64,000 nt of DNA from Bdellovibrionales bacterium (GCA_050246815.1 JBFWVI010000001.1:3433-67432); one strand, 5' to 3'. Numbered from the stretch's first letter, positions 9,678-20,629 are shown. Numbers and translations are program-made. The notes: a model not told the origin generated them from the letters alone.

Positions 9678-10814
9678 ATGACGCCACAAAGATGGATACA
9701 CTCGCTGGTTGTTGTTGGGATCGGATTGATCGCGCTCAATGCCGGTGCGGTTCAGACTGCTGTACGATGTGATCGTCTGCTTGATTCGCCGGGCCGTGTT
9801 GTCATTGAATCGACGGATATGGCCTATTTGCGTGATGAGGCCCGTTTTGCTGAAGGACCAGCCCCGCAAAAAAATATGGGCACGGTCGAAATTGTTGAGC
9901 AGTTCCACTTCAACGATCAGAGCGCACAAGCTTTGCATTTAAAAGGTGAGCTGATAAAACGATACGCGCCAAATGTCGTTCAAATTAAAAAGGGTCATGC
10001 GCGCCACGTTTTGTCAGCAGCGCGTGAGCAGTTCGAATTTTTGCTGAGCGAACTTCCACAGTCGCAGCCTGAGCACTTTCGACGCGAAGGTCATTTGCTT
10101 CATAATTTATTGAATAACGTGACGGTTTCTTTGGCCGATTTTGAACCTGGTGTTCCGGCCCGGCATGCTTTGGCCCAATTGGCTTTATTGGTGGCGGAAG
10201 ATCTGATTTTCATGAAGCAAGATTCCAAGAGTGGGGAGTTCCAGATCATCGGCGGGGCCTTGGCTTACCCGACCTATTGGAGCTTGGACTATTTTCTTGG
10301 GCATTCGATTGCTTCCATTCACAAAAATATTTCTTCTACACCCGAAAAATCAGTCCAGTTCGCGCAGATGATCAATCGGATTCTGGCGCGGAATCTTGAA
10401 AATCCAACAGTTGTTCGTCGCAACAACTGGTTTATTCAGTGGGACGCGCGCTACTCATTGCCGGATCCGGTATTCGCATCGCAGGCACAAGAGCCTTATC
10501 CTTATCCACAGCGGATCGATCGCAGAAATTACTTGGATCGACTTTTTTTGCGTGTTGAGCGGCAGACGCTTCGTGGTTTGCCACAAAGCAAAGTGGTGGT
10601 TTTTGCGATTTTGCCATTTGTTTACTCGATCAATCGGGTGACATCAGATCCGGTGGCGGCGGCCAACCTTCGCGATGGCCTGCGTGTCAAGACGATGCCC
10701 CGGCCGCGCAGCGAGAATGAACATCATGTCCGCACGTTGTATAAATATCTCAGTCAAGACTTTCCGGTGCTTGCCGAACAAGCGTCACCCGCCAGCACGG
10801 CGATTCAACCTTAA
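9678..10814 (+). CDS. DUF3445 / heme-dependent oxidative N-demethylase alpha-like protein with a signal peptide
   Basis: VAEDL, YPTYWSL...G.SI..IH, RNNW and LRVERQTLRGLP.SK..VFAI motifs of DUF3445. Confidence 0.75.
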   Translation: MTPQRWIHSLVVVGIGLIALNAGAVQTAVRCDRLLDSPGRVVIESTDMAYLRDEARFAEGPAPQKNMGTVEIVEQFHFNDQSAQALHLKGELIKRYAPNVVQIKKGHARHVLSAAREQFEFLLSELPQSQPEHFRREGHLLHNLLNNVTVSLADFEPGVPARHALAQLALLVAEDLIFMKQDSKSGEFQIIGGALAYPTYWSLDYFLGHSIASIHKNISSTPEKSVQFAQMINRILARNLENPTVVRRNNWFIQWDARYSLPDPVFASQAQEPYPYPQRIDRRNYLDRLFLRVERQTLRGLPQSKVVVFAILPFVYSINRVTSDPVAAANLRDGLRVKTMPRPRSENEHHVRTLYKYLSQDFPVLAEQASPASTAIQP

Positions 10815-10815
10815 T

Positions 10816-11367
10816 TTATTTCGACCATTTGATCGAGCAGCCCATCGAGGGGTTTTGCAGCGTCAAAGGACGCTGACCACTTAAGAGTGCCGTCACGGCG
10901 GTTTCAAGTTCGCGTCGGGTCACCGCGGCCGGATTTTTCCAGGAGTCATCTAAACGTCCACGATAGGCCAATTTTCGATTTTGATCGTAAACAAAAAAGT
11001 CAGGGGTACAAACCGCACCAAAAGCCTTGGCCACACGTTGATCTTTGTCGACAAGATAAGGGAAAGGATACTTTTTTTGCTGCCAGCGCTGAAGCAGGGC
11101 GGCCGGGGCGTCCTCTGGGTGTTCACTGGGGTCATTGGCGCAAATCGCGGTGAACGCCACGCCTTTTGGTTGTTGGCGTTTCGCCAAATCCAGTAAGCGA
11201 TCTTCAATGGCTTGCACATAGGGGCAGTGGTTGCACATAAACATCACCACCAGCACGCGAGAATCCGAAAAGTCTTTTGGGGAAAATGTTTTGCCATCCA
11301 CGCTGGGCAAATGGAAGTCGGGAAGTGAAGAACCCAAATCTCCGTCGGGGGTGTAGGTCAATGCCAT
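10816..11367 (-). CDS. Thioredoxin-family (AhpC/TSA-like) redoxin
   Basis: CNHCPY, AVCTPDFF, YRGRLDD, SMGCSIKW. Confidence 0.88.
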   Translation of the reverse strand: MALTYTPDGDLGSSLPDFHLPSVDGKTFSPKDFSDSRVLVVMFMCNHCPYVQAIEDRLLDLAKRQQPKGVAFTAICANDPSEHPEDAPAALLQRWQQKKYPFPYLVDKDQRVAKAFGAVCTPDFFVYDQNRKLAYRGRLDDSWKNPAAVTRRELETAVTALLSGQRPLTLQNPSMGCSIKWSK

Positions 11368-11397
11368 CTTCGCCGCTGCCTTTCCATAAAATAGGCT

Positions 11398-12123
11398 CTA
11401 GATTGAATACCAATCGATGGTGCGATCAGGAAGAATCAAATCGCCATCGGGGCTGACGTCACGCAGTTCCCTAAATTGGGGATGACGCTTGAGTGCTTGT
11501 AAGAGATCTTGGCGCAACGGCGTGCTCAATTCATGAATGTGCGCTTGGTGGACGGCAGAGTTTAGACCCTGTTGTAGATTGTGCATAAATTCTTGCCATT
11601 TAGATTCGGTCAGGGTTTCTTTTAAGTGGTCCGAAATGCAAGTGGCTTCGGGCACATGTCCGGGAGCTGCAAATACATTCAAACCCAAACCGATCAAGAG
11701 GGTGTGGGCGTAACCACTGGTGATGGTTTCCACCAGCAGACCGCCTACTTTTTTATCCGCTAAAAATAAATCATTGGGAGCCTTCAAACTCCAGGGCAAT
11801 GAACGCCATGTTTGGTTTAACGCTCGGTAAACATAAAGTCCTACCAAGGGGGCCGTCAGATGCTGGGGCGGCTGTTGAATATGCCAAGACCAGGTGGTCA
11901 ACAGGGCCGAACCTTCAGGCGGCGATGCCCAGGTGTGGTCGCCTCGACCTCGGCCGTGGGTTTGCTGCGCGGCCAACCGCACATAAAAAGAAGGTGTGGA
12001 GGCCACTTCTTTTTTGGCGATCGTGCTGGTGCTTTCACATAACACATACGCTTGATGGGGCAGACCACTGGCCTCGAGCCACTTTTGCGTCCATAAAAAA
12101 ACATTGCCTTGGGTCTGACTCAT
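11398..12123 (-). CDS. birA: Biotin--protein ligase, monofunctional (no HTH domain)
   Basis: QTHGRGR, KAPND, KVGGLL.E, IGLGLN. Confidence 0.85.
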   Translation of the reverse strand: MSQTQGNVFLWTQKWLEASGLPHQAYVLCESTSTIAKKEVASTPSFYVRLAAQQTHGRGRGDHTWASPPEGSALLTTWSWHIQQPPQHLTAPLVGLYVYRALNQTWRSLPWSLKAPNDLFLADKKVGGLLVETITSGYAHTLLIGLGLNVFAAPGHVPEATCISDHLKETLTESKWQEFMHNLQQGLNSAVHQAHIHELSTPLRQDLLQALKRHPQFRELRDVSPDGDLILPDRTIDWYSI

Positions 12124-12938
12124 AATTCGAACTCCAAACTTAAATCTGCGGTTGGCGCGGAGTGGGTTAAGGCGCCGACGCTAATGGCGGTGACACCGAG
12201 TTCAGCCACACGCTTGACACGATCCAGAGTCATATTGCCGCTGGCCTCGGTTTGCACTGTGGCGGGGATCAGTTTGAGCGCTTGTTTGAGCTGTTCATCG
12301 TCAAAGTTGTCCAGCAGAATCCAGGCCACCTTAAGGGCTACGGCCTCTTCGACTTGCGCCAGTGTTTCGCATTCCACTTCGATCGGTAGTGAGGTCTGGG
12401 CGCGCACCATTTGCACGGCTTGACGGACTCCGCCGACAGCGCGCAGATGATTGTCTTTAAGCAAAACGGCTTCACTTAAATTGCGGCGGTGATTTTGACC
12501 GCCGCCGTGACGCACGGCCGTTTTTTCGAGGTCACGAAGCAAGGGCGTGGTTTTGCGCGTGTCCAAAATTCGACAAGCGGTGTGTTCCACCTGTTGCACA
12601 AAACAACGGGTTAAAGTGGCGATGCCGCTTAAGCGCCCCAAAAAATTCAAGGCCGTGCGTTCCGCTTTGAGCAGGCTGGGTAGGGGGCCATGCAGCATGC
12701 AAACGGTTTGTTTGCTCCAAGTGAACTGACCGTCCTGGGCCACCCATTTCAATTGAATCAATGGGTCAACGGCTTGCATAACAGCGGTGAAAACTTCTTG
12801 CCCGGACAGCACCAAATCCTCTTTGGCCAGCACTCGTGCCCGCCCCTCGCGCTGGCCCAGTTTCAACGCGTCGGTGGTCACATCGCCATTGGGAAGATCC
12901 TCTTTCAACGCGGCTTGAATGAGCTGCTCGAGATTCAC
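12120..12938 (-). CDS. nadC: Nicotinate-nucleotide diphosphorylase (carboxylating)
   Basis: ERTALNFL, DTRKTTP, NHRRNLS..VLLKDNH, IEVE, LLDN, EASG, ISVGALTHS. Confidence 0.95.
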   Translation of the reverse strand: MNLEQLIQAALKEDLPNGDVTTDALKLGQREGRARVLAKEDLVLSGQEVFTAVMQAVDPLIQLKWVAQDGQFTWSKQTVCMLHGPLPSLLKAERTALNFLGRLSGIATLTRCFVQQVEHTACRILDTRKTTPLLRDLEKTAVRHGGGQNHRRNLSEAVLLKDNHLRAVGGVRQAVQMVRAQTSLPIEVECETLAQVEEAVALKVAWILLDNFDDEQLKQALKLIPATVQTEASGNMTLDRVKRVAELGVTAISVGALTHSAPTADLSLEFEL

Positions 12939-13957
12939 GGATTCTTTTCAGCCAGCAGGCGTTGAAGTTCACGCTCGATGATTTGGGTGGCTAAGTCGGG
13001 GACGACTTTCCAGGCAATGGCTTCGATCATCGCCTTGGCTTGTTCGCGGACCATTTTTTCAATTTGTGCTTCGTTTAAAGTCGTTGCGGGGGTGGAAGTT
13101 TGGTTTGATGCGGGTTGCACAGTAAATTTGCCGGTTAAAGGGCGCTTTTCAGGTGAGGACGTCTGTGGCGGCGGTATGGCCAATTGATCGTCTTCCATTT
13201 CCAAATCCAAAACCACGTCTTCGTCGCTTGCGTCATCGGGGGGCAGTGAAACCGCGATTTGTTCGGCGGGTTCGTCTTCGGCTTGAATCTGAAAGCGGCT
13301 CAAGGATTTTGTCGACCATTGTGTGGCTTCGCGCTCGGGCTCGTCGATTTCATCTAAATCGCTTAATTCATCTACTTTCGGAGGGGGTGGCAGCGGCACT
13401 TCCTGAAATTCCTCCACAGCTTCGGAACCCATGTCGACAGGGGGAATGGGGTCAAAGCTTTCCATATTCCAATTGCCGCTGGGTTCGACTGAACCATCGC
13501 TATTGATCTGGGCTTGCGCGGGCGGAGGGGTTTCCACCATTTCAGGCATTTTGGGAAAATTCAAAAATTGCCCCAGGCGCTGAGAGCGGGTTTTGGCCAC
13601 GAATTGATTCACCAGTGCGCGCAAATCCTGTACTTCGAAGGGCTTTTCTAGGTTGCCATCTGCTTTTGCCGCCTGCATTTTATCTTCATCCAGCTCCATA
13701 AAGGCGCTCCACATCAGGATCACCGGCAGGCTTTTGAGCTGAGCATCGTTTTTAAGATCGGCGCATACGTCGTAGCCATTGCGCTTTTGCAGCAAAATGT
13801 CGCAAAAAATAATGTCAGGCTTGAACTGGCGGGCCACCTGCAAAACATCAGTGCCCAAAGCCACCGACGTCACATCCACCGCGTAGTCCTGCAACGCCAA
13901 TTGAAATACTTTTTTGATCGTGGAACTTTCATCTGCCAGTAAGACGCGCAACGCCAT
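12935..13957 (-). CDS. romR: RomR-like polarity response regulator
   Basis: N-terminal receiver domain (MALRVLLADES), Pro/Glu/Asp-rich linker, C-terminal AWKVVPDLATQIIERE helix typical of RomR; start moved to ATG 13957. Confidence 0.8.
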   Translation of the reverse strand: MALRVLLADESSTIKKVFQLALQDYAVDVTSVALGTDVLQVARQFKPDIIFCDILLQKRNGYDVCADLKNDAQLKSLPVILMWSAFMELDEDKMQAAKADGNLEKPFEVQDLRALVNQFVAKTRSQRLGQFLNFPKMPEMVETPPPAQAQINSDGSVEPSGNWNMESFDPIPPVDMGSEAVEEFQEVPLPPPPKVDELSDLDEIDEPEREATQWSTKSLSRFQIQAEDEPAEQIAVSLPPDDASDEDVVLDLEMEDDQLAIPPPQTSSPEKRPLTGKFTVQPASNQTSTPATTLNEAQIEKMVREQAKAMIEAIAWKVVPDLATQIIERELQRLLAEKNP

Positions 13958-13963
13958 AGAATG

Positions 13964-14028
13964 AGTTAACGACGAGGGGTCGATCTCAGTCAATAGATTT
14001 TGACCGGCCCGGTGGTGAACTCTAGGAT
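13964..14028. promoter_or_regulatory. Back-to-back divergent sigma70-like promoters for romR and lptG
   Basis: Plus: TTGACC(14000)-17-TAGGAT(14023), 6 nt before the ATG. Minus: TTGACT(13993)-18-TTAACT, 6 nt before the ATG. Confidence 0.6.
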
Positions 14029-14034
14029 GAGCCC

Positions 14035-15114
14035 ATGAATTTGATCGATCGCTACATCAGCCGGCTTTTTTTAACCTATTTTGTGGTGGGGTTGGCGGTT
14101 TTTGTGACGCTGTTCTTGGCTGTGGATGCGATGAACTTCGCGGTTCGTAACAGCGATGCCGGCGCGGGGCCTTTGATTCGCTATTATCTCTATTATTTGC
14201 CTACGGTGATTTATCAAATGGTGCCGGTGGCCTGTTTGATGTCGACCGTGTTCACGGTTTCGGCTCTCAATAAATCAAACGAGTTAGTGGCACTTTATAG
14301 CGTGGGCATGGGTTTGCTGCGCGTAAGCGTACCAATTTTGGTTCTGGTGGCGGTGATTTCAGTTCTGGCTTTCGGCGTGAACGATCAGGTTTTTCCGCGC
14401 CTAGCCCAGCGTAAGAATTATGTGGAGTACGTGGAGATTAAAAAACGGCCTGGTCTTTACTCCACGGTGAACACCAACAAGATTTGGTATCGTTCAGAAA
14501 ACGTGCTTTTTAACATTAAAACCTTGGATGCCTTGGCCTCAAAAGCCCAGGGGTTGACCCTTTATTATTTTGATGCAGCTTGGAATCTGGTGCAGTTGAT
14601 TACGGCGAAATCTGTGGACATCAAAGGCACCCAATGGGAGCTGCATGAGGGCACGGTGACTTTGTTCGTGGAGGACACGTCGTTTCCTTTGACCAAAAGC
14701 TTTCCCACAAAAACGGTGGTGATGAACGAAGACGTGGCCGATATTCAAACGGCCTCCAACTCATCCGAAGTGATGAGTTTAAATTCACTCAGTAAGTTCA
14801 TTGCCCGCAACAAAGAGGCGGGGCTGGACACCCTTCGTTACGAAGTTGATTATTACGCCAAGTTTGGCTTTGCCTCGGCCGCGTTGGTGATGTCGCTTTT
14901 AGGTTTGCCGTTCAGTGTGCGGCGCCAGCGTTCTGGCGGGCACGCGCTGTCGATCGGTCTTTGTTTGGCTTTGGCCTTTTCTTATTGGACCCTTTACAGT
15001 TCGGGCGTCACCATGGGGCAGCATGGTGCTATCCCACCTGTGCTTGCGGCCCTTGGTCCTAGCGTCTTTATGGCCGGTGTTGCGGCGTGGCTGCTCTTGC
15101 GTCTGAAGCAATAA
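14035..15114 (+). CDS. lptG: LPS export ABC transporter permease (LptF/LptG family)
   Basis: DRYI start, LNKSNELVAL..G, 3+3 TM arrangement around a periplasmic domain. Confidence 0.85.
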   Translation: MNLIDRYISRLFLTYFVVGLAVFVTLFLAVDAMNFAVRNSDAGAGPLIRYYLYYLPTVIYQMVPVACLMSTVFTVSALNKSNELVALYSVGMGLLRVSVPILVLVAVISVLAFGVNDQVFPRLAQRKNYVEYVEIKKRPGLYSTVNTNKIWYRSENVLFNIKTLDALASKAQGLTLYYFDAAWNLVQLITAKSVDIKGTQWELHEGTVTLFVEDTSFPLTKSFPTKTVVMNEDVADIQTASNSSEVMSLNSLSKFIARNKEAGLDTLRYEVDYYAKFGFASAALVMSLLGLPFSVRRQRSGGHALSIGLCLALAFSYWTLYSSGVTMGQHGAIPPVLAALGPSVFMAGVAAWLLLRLKQ

Positions 15115-15133
15115 TAATGATATATTGCGTTAT

Positions 15134-15733
15134 ATGGCATTACTCGAGATTTTGAAATATCCAGATCCGCGTCTACGCAAAAAGGGTGAACGGGTCGTGA
15201 AGGTCACACCTGAATTGCAAAAGTTCGCTCAAGATATGCTCGAGACCATGTACGCCTCTCGCGGTATTGGTTTGGCTGCGGTTCAAGTGAATCGCCATAT
15301 CCGCTTGTTGGTGATCGACATTCGTCCCAAAGAAAATGGTCGTTATAAAATCGAGGATCTGACCGAGCTCGAAAAAGCCGCGCCTATGCCATTTATTATT
15401 TTTAATCCCGAGATCTTAAGCAAAGATGGCAAGACCACCTATGATGAAGGTTGTTTGAGTGTGCCCACCTACTTTGAAACTGTGGAGCGCGCCAAAATTA
15501 TTGAAGTCAAAGGCTTGAATGAAAAAGGTGAAGAGTTCACTTTAACCACCGATGGATTGTTGTCGATTTGCATTCAGCATGAAATCGACCATTTGGATGG
15601 CAAATTGTTTTTGGACCGCTTGACCCCGATTCGCGCTTCGCGCCTGAAATCCAAAATCAAAAAACATGGTTATCCTGATCCGAATGAAAAGGATCTGGAT
15701 GAAGATGACGAAGTCGAAGAAGCCAAGATGTGA
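15134..15733 (+). CDS. def: Peptide deformylase
   Basis: GIGLAAVQV, EGCLSVP, QHEIDHLDG. Confidence 0.96.
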   Translation: MALLEILKYPDPRLRKKGERVVKVTPELQKFAQDMLETMYASRGIGLAAVQVNRHIRLLVIDIRPKENGRYKIEDLTELEKAAPMPFIIFNPEILSKDGKTTYDEGCLSVPTYFETVERAKIIEVKGLNEKGEEFTLTTDGLLSICIQHEIDHLDGKLFLDRLTPIRASRLKSKIKKHGYPDPNEKDLDEDDEVEEAKM

Positions 15734-16668
15734 GTCGGATCCGCACCGCCTTTTTAGGCACTCCTGATTTTGCACGACATTGTTTGGAGGGGTTGATCAA
15801 AGACCCTCATTTTGAGGTGGTAGGCGTGATCACTCAGCCGGATCGACCTGCCGGCCGCCATATGAAGCTGACACCCTCGCCCGTGAAGGCCCTCGTTGAG
15901 CCGCTCGGTATTCCGCTGTTGACGCCGGTGTCCGTCAACACCACTGAGGTTTTGGCCACCGTGGCGGGTTGGCGGGCTGAAGTGGCCGTGGTGGTCGCTT
16001 TCGGTCAGATTTTAAAGCAAAGTTTTTTGGATTTATTTCCGCGCAAAATCGTCAATGTGCACACCTCCCTTTTGCCGCGTTGGCGAGGTGCTGCACCGAT
16101 TCAGCGCGCCCTGATGGCTGGCGATAAAGAAAGCGGCGTGTGTCTGCAGGTGATGGAGTTCAAGCTTGATGCTGGCGATGTTTTAGGTTTGCGCAAGCTT
16201 CAACTTCCCCCGGAAATGAATGCCCTGACTTTGCACGAGGCCTTAAAGCCCCTGGCTGTGGAGCTTTTGACCGTCGACCTGATGGATTACCTGCGCGGTA
16301 ATTTGACCGCGACCCCGCAAAACGAAGCCTTGGCCACGTATGCCTCGAAAATAAGCAAAGCTGAAGCCGTGATCGACTGGCATCGGCCGGCAGAAGTTAT
16401 ATTTAACCAAATACGTGGTTTGGCCATGGGGCCCGCCGCGGTTTGTCGACGCCCGGACCACACTTTGAAGATTCACCGGGCCCAGCTTGCCGCTGGGGCT
16501 CAAGGCTCTGCCGGTGAAGTGGTTCGCATTGACGGCCCTTCTTTCACCGTGGCATGTGAAAGACAGGGACTTGAAATATTTGAGGTGCAGCCTGAGTCCC
16601 GGGCGCGTCTGAATGTGGCAGATTATCTGAAAGGCTATCCGCTGCAAGTGGGCGATATGCTGCTTTAA
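15730..16668 (+). CDS. fmt: Methionyl-tRNA formyltransferase
   Basis: GTPDFA, TQPDRPAGR, NVHTSLLPRWRGAAPIQ. Confidence 0.96.
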   Translation: MSRIRTAFLGTPDFARHCLEGLIKDPHFEVVGVITQPDRPAGRHMKLTPSPVKALVEPLGIPLLTPVSVNTTEVLATVAGWRAEVAVVVAFGQILKQSFLDLFPRKIVNVHTSLLPRWRGAAPIQRALMAGDKESGVCLQVMEFKLDAGDVLGLRKLQLPPEMNALTLHEALKPLAVELLTVDLMDYLRGNLTATPQNEALATYASKISKAEAVIDWHRPAEVIFNQIRGLAMGPAAVCRRPDHTLKIHRAQLAAGAQGSAGEVVRIDGPSFTVACERQGLEIFEVQPESRARLNVADYLKGYPLQVGDMLL

Positions 16669-16699
16669 GGGCAGCAGATGAAAGTGGCCGGAGTCAATT

Positions 16700-17356
16700 T
16701 TGAGCAAGAAATTCTTAGTGGCCCCGTCGATTTTATCCGCCGACTTCGCCAATTTGCAGCGCGAAGTGGAGGCGGTCACTCAAGCGGGTGCTGATTGGAT
16801 TCATGTGGATGTAATGGATGGGCAATTTGTGCCCAACCTAACCATCGGTGCACCGGTGGTGAAGGCTCTTAAAAGAATCACGCGAATACCTTTGGACGTG
16901 CACCTGATGATCGTGGAGCCTGAACGCTACATCGATGATTTTATTGCGGCCGGCGCGGATTATCTGACTATTCACGTGGAAGCGACAAAAGATCCGGCGG
17001 TGGTGTTGCGGTCGATTCGCGCCAAAGGTGCCAAACCCGGCATCACCCTAAGGCCGCAGACCGCCATCGACAAAATTATGCCGTTTTTGCCTTTGGTCGA
17101 TTTGGCCTTGGTGATGACCGTCAATCCTGGTTTTGGGGGACAGTCTTTTATGCCCGAGCAAGGTGCGAAGCTTTCACAGTTGAAACAAGAGTGTTTGCGG
17201 CTAGGGCGTAAGGTGATTTTAGAAGTGGATGGCGGTATCAACCCTGAGACCGCGCGCCAAGTGCCTGATGCCGATATGTTGGTGGCGGGCAATTACGTGT
17301 TTAAAAATGATTATGCCACGGCGATTCGCGCCTTGAAGGAAGCCCATCATGCTTGA
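16700..17356 (+). CDS. rpe: Ribulose-phosphate 3-epimerase
   Basis: APSILSADF, HVDVMDG.FVPN, MTVNPGFGGQ, EVDGG. Confidence 0.96.
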   Translation: MSKKFLVAPSILSADFANLQREVEAVTQAGADWIHVDVMDGQFVPNLTIGAPVVKALKRITRIPLDVHLMIVEPERYIDDFIAAGADYLTIHVEATKDPAVVLRSIRAKGAKPGITLRPQTAIDKIMPFLPLVDLALVMTVNPGFGGQSFMPEQGAKLSQLKQECLRLGRKVILEVDGGINPETARQVPDADMLVAGNYVFKNDYATAIRALKEAHHA

Positions 17357-18881
17357 ACTCACCGGTGAAAATGTGAATTTGGAGTCCTGTTGGGCCGTGG
17401 CGCAAAAACAAGCCGGCCCGGTGAAGCTCTCAAGCGGCGCGCGCGACAAAATGATCAGCTCAAGGTCGTACATTGAAAATAAAATCAATGCCGGTGAGAC
17501 CATGTATGGAGTGAACACCGGTTTTGGCGCGTTCAGCAGCGTGCGCATTTCGGATGAAGAAATCGTGCAGTTGCAAAAAAATCTGATCCGTTCGCACTGC
17601 TGTGGCGTGGGTGAGAGCTTTTCGCCAGAAGAAACCCGCACGATCATGTACTTGCGGGCCAATGCACTGGCGCGCGGTCATTCGGGTGTGCGGCCCCTGG
17701 TGGTTGAAAAATTGCTGGATTTTTTGCGTGCGGACCTGCTGCCGGTGATTCCGGTGCAGGGCAGTGTCGGCGCGAGCGGTGATTTGGCGCCGCTGGCTCA
17801 TTTGGCGTTGGCGTTAATTGGTGAAGGCGAAATTCGTTATGAAGGCCAAGTGATGTCGGCGATCGAGGCCTTGAAAAAAGCGGGTGTGACTCCTTTGGAG
17901 CTTCAAGCTAAAGAAGGGTTGTCTTTGATCAACGGCTGTCAAGTGATGACAGCAGTTGGTTTGAACAACGTTTATCAAGCTCGTCGTGTGCTTTGGTGCA
18001 CGGATCTAGCGGGTGCGATGTCGCTTGAAGCTTTGCGCGGCTCGCGTTCGGCGTTTGACCCCTTGATCGCGGCCACACGCCGCCATCCAGGTGAAGCCAA
18101 AACGGCGCGCAATTTGCTAAAACTCTTAGGCGCGACTTCTGAAATTGCTGAAAGTCACGCCGATTGTGGTCGTGTTCAAGATGCCTACAGCCTGCGCTGT
18201 ATGCCGGCCGTGCATGGTGCCAGTAAAGATGCTTTGAATTCGACTCTACAAACTTTGGAAATCGAGGCCAACTCCAGCACGGACAACCCCTTGGTGTTCA
18301 GCACCGAAGGCAAGGTGCTTTCGTGCGGGAATTTTCATGGCGAACCCGTGGCTTTTGCCTTGGATTTTTTGGCTATTGCCATGGCCGCGCAAGCCAGCAT
18401 CAGTGAATGTCGCATTGAAAAACTGATCAATCCGGCCATGAGTGAATTGCCGGCATTTTTGGCGCCTAAAGGCGGCTTAAACAGCGGTTTAATGATTGTG
18501 CAAGTGGCGGCGGCCTCTTTGGTCAGCGAAAATAAAATTTTGTCCCACCCGGCTTCCGTCGACAGTATTCCAACCTCGGCCGACAAAGAAGATCATGTCA
18601 GTATGGGGACGATCGCCGCGCGAAAGCTGGGGCAAATCATCAAGAATGCAGAAAATATCGTGGCCATGGAACTGTTGACCGCGGCCCAAGCGTTAGACTT
18701 TCTAAAGCCCTTAAGACCTGCAGCTGGCGTGAAAGCGGCTTACGACTTAATCCGCACGCAAGTGCCCTTTGCCGAACATGACCGCGTGTTCGCCCGTGAC
18801 ATTGAGGTTGTCAAAGGTTTGATCTGCAGCGGTCAGTTGTTGGATGTGGTGAAGTCGGCCATCGGGGAGTTGGAAATATGA
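17349..18881 (+). CDS. hutH: Histidine ammonia-lyase
   Basis: [17 protein letters not shown] (MIO-forming ASG), [15 protein letters not shown]. Confidence 0.96.
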   Translation: MLELTGENVNLESCWAVAQKQAGPVKLSSGARDKMISSRSYIENKINAGETMYGVNTGFGAFSSVRISDEEIVQLQKNLIRSHCCGVGESFSPEETRTIMYLRANALARGHSGVRPLVVEKLLDFLRADLLPVIPVQGSVGASGDLAPLAHLALALIGEGEIRYEGQVMSAIEALKKAGVTPLELQAKEGLSLINGCQVMTAVGLNNVYQARRVLWCTDLAGAMSLEALRGSRSAFDPLIAATRRHPGEAKTARNLLKLLGATSEIAESHADCGRVQDAYSLRCMPAVHGASKDALNSTLQTLEIEANSSTDNPLVFSTEGKVLSCGNFHGEPVAFALDFLAIAMAAQASISECRIEKLINPAMSELPAFLAPKGGLNSGLMIVQVAAASLVSENKILSHPASVDSIPTSADKEDHVSMGTIAARKLGQIIKNAENIVAMELLTAAQALDFLKPLRPAAGVKAAYDLIRTQVPFAEHDRVFARDIEVVKGLICSGQLLDVVKSAIGELEI

Positions 18882-20524
18882 GTCGCGTGATCAAGGCCCC
18901 CACGGGATCGAAGCTCAATTGCAAGGGCTGGTTGCAAGAGGCGGCCTTTCGCATGATTCAAAATAATCTGGATCCCAATGTGGCAGAGGCCCCGGATCAA
19001 CTGGTGGTGTATGGTGGTCGTGGCAAAGCGGCGCGCGATTGGAAAAGCTTTGATCAAATTTTGGCATCATTGAAAATTTTAAACAGCGATGAAACCTTGC
19101 TGGTCCAATCCGGTAAGCCGGTGGGCATTGTGCGCACGCACGAGGACGCGCCACGCGTTTTGTTGGCGAACTCCAATTTGGTCGGCAAATGGGCCAATTG
19201 GGAGGTCTTCGATGAACTCGAGAAAAAAGGCCTGATGATGTACGGCCAAATGACCGCGGGTTCTTGGATCTATATTGGCACCCAAGGTATCGTTCAGGGC
19301 ACTTACGAAACCTTCGCCGAAGCTGGGCGTCGTCATTTTGGCGGCTCGCTTAAAGGCAAAGTCATTTTGACGGCGGGTTTGGGCGGAATGGGCGGAGCCC
19401 AGCCACTGGCTGGTGTTTTCGCTGGCGCCGTGGTGTTGGCGGTGGAAGTAGATCCATGGCGAATTCAGCGCCGCCTTGAGACTCGCTATGTCGATGAGCA
19501 AGCTCAAAACTTGGATGAGGCCATTGCCTTGGTTGAAAAATATAAAAAGTCAGGTCAGGCCAAATCGATAGCGCTTCAAGGCAATATGGCCGAAGTGATT
19601 CATCAAATGCTCGGGAAAGGCTTTTTACCTGATCTGTTGACGGATCAAACTTCAGCCCACGATCCTGTGAATGGCTATATCCCTGAAGGCTACGACATCA
19701 AAGCCGCCGCCGAGCTGCGCAAAGTGGATCCGAAAAAATATTTAAAATTGGCCCGCGCAAGCATCGCCAATCACGTGCGCGGTATGCTGGAGATGAAAAA
19801 GCGCGGTGCGATCACTTTTGATTATGGCAATAACATTCGCGCAGAAGCGCAAATCGAAGGCGTGCAAAACGCATTCGATATTCCGGGGTTCGTGCCTGAA
19901 TATATTCGGCCGTTGTTTTGCAAGGGCTCGGGCCCATTTCGTTGGGTGGCCCTTTCGGGTGATCCACAGGATATTCGTGTGACCGATCAAGCGGTGCGCG
20001 AATTATTTCCAGATAAGCCACACCTGCAGCGTTGGCTCGATATGGCCGAAGAGCGCATCGCGTTTCAAGGGTTGCCAGCGCGAATTTGTTGGCTTGAGTA
20101 TGGTGAACGCGCCAAAGCCGGCTTGAAATTCAATGAACTGGTGGCCGGCGGCAAAGTGAAAGCGCCGATTGTGATCGGACGAGACCATTTGGATTGTGGT
20201 TCCGTGGCCTCGCCCAATCGTGAAACCGAGGCGATGAAAGATGGCTCGGACGTGATCGCCGATTGGCCCATACTCAACGCACTTTTAAACACCGCCTGTG
20301 GCGCCACATGGGTCAGCTTTCATCACGGCGGCGGAGTCGGCATGGGCTATAGTCTGCATGCGGGTCAGGTGATTGTAGCGGATGGCACCCCCGCCGCGGC
20401 CAAGCGTTTAGAGCGGGTTCTAACCGCCGATCCGGCCATGGGAGTTTTTCGTCACGTCGACGCGGGCTACGAAGAGGCGGCCACGATTGCGCGTGAACGT
20501 GGAGTGCAGATCCCTGGCCTTTGA
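18878..20524 (+). CDS. hutU: Urocanate hydratase
   Basis: [42 protein letters not shown]. Confidence 0.97.
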   Translation: MSRVIKAPTGSKLNCKGWLQEAAFRMIQNNLDPNVAEAPDQLVVYGGRGKAARDWKSFDQILASLKILNSDETLLVQSGKPVGIVRTHEDAPRVLLANSNLVGKWANWEVFDELEKKGLMMYGQMTAGSWIYIGTQGIVQGTYETFAEAGRRHFGGSLKGKVILTAGLGGMGGAQPLAGVFAGAVVLAVEVDPWRIQRRLETRYVDEQAQNLDEAIALVEKYKKSGQAKSIALQGNMAEVIHQMLGKGFLPDLLTDQTSAHDPVNGYIPEGYDIKAAAELRKVDPKKYLKLARASIANHVRGMLEMKKRGAITFDYGNNIRAEAQIEGVQNAFDIPGFVPEYIRPLFCKGSGPFRWVALSGDPQDIRVTDQAVRELFPDKPHLQRWLDMAEERIAFQGLPARICWLEYGERAKAGLKFNELVAGGKVKAPIVIGRDHLDCGSVASPNRETEAMKDGSDVIADWPILNALLNTACGATWVSFHHGGGVGMGYSLHAGQVIVADGTPAAAKRLERVLTADPAMGVFRHVDAGYEEAATIARERGVQIPGL

Positions 20525-20629
20525 TTTCTTGGTGTCAATCTGCCGGATTGATTTGTAAATTAGAGCCACTTTGTCTTTTTTTGCGTCTCAAGTCTGAGGC
20601 GAGTGCATCATCTTCGATACAAAATCAAT

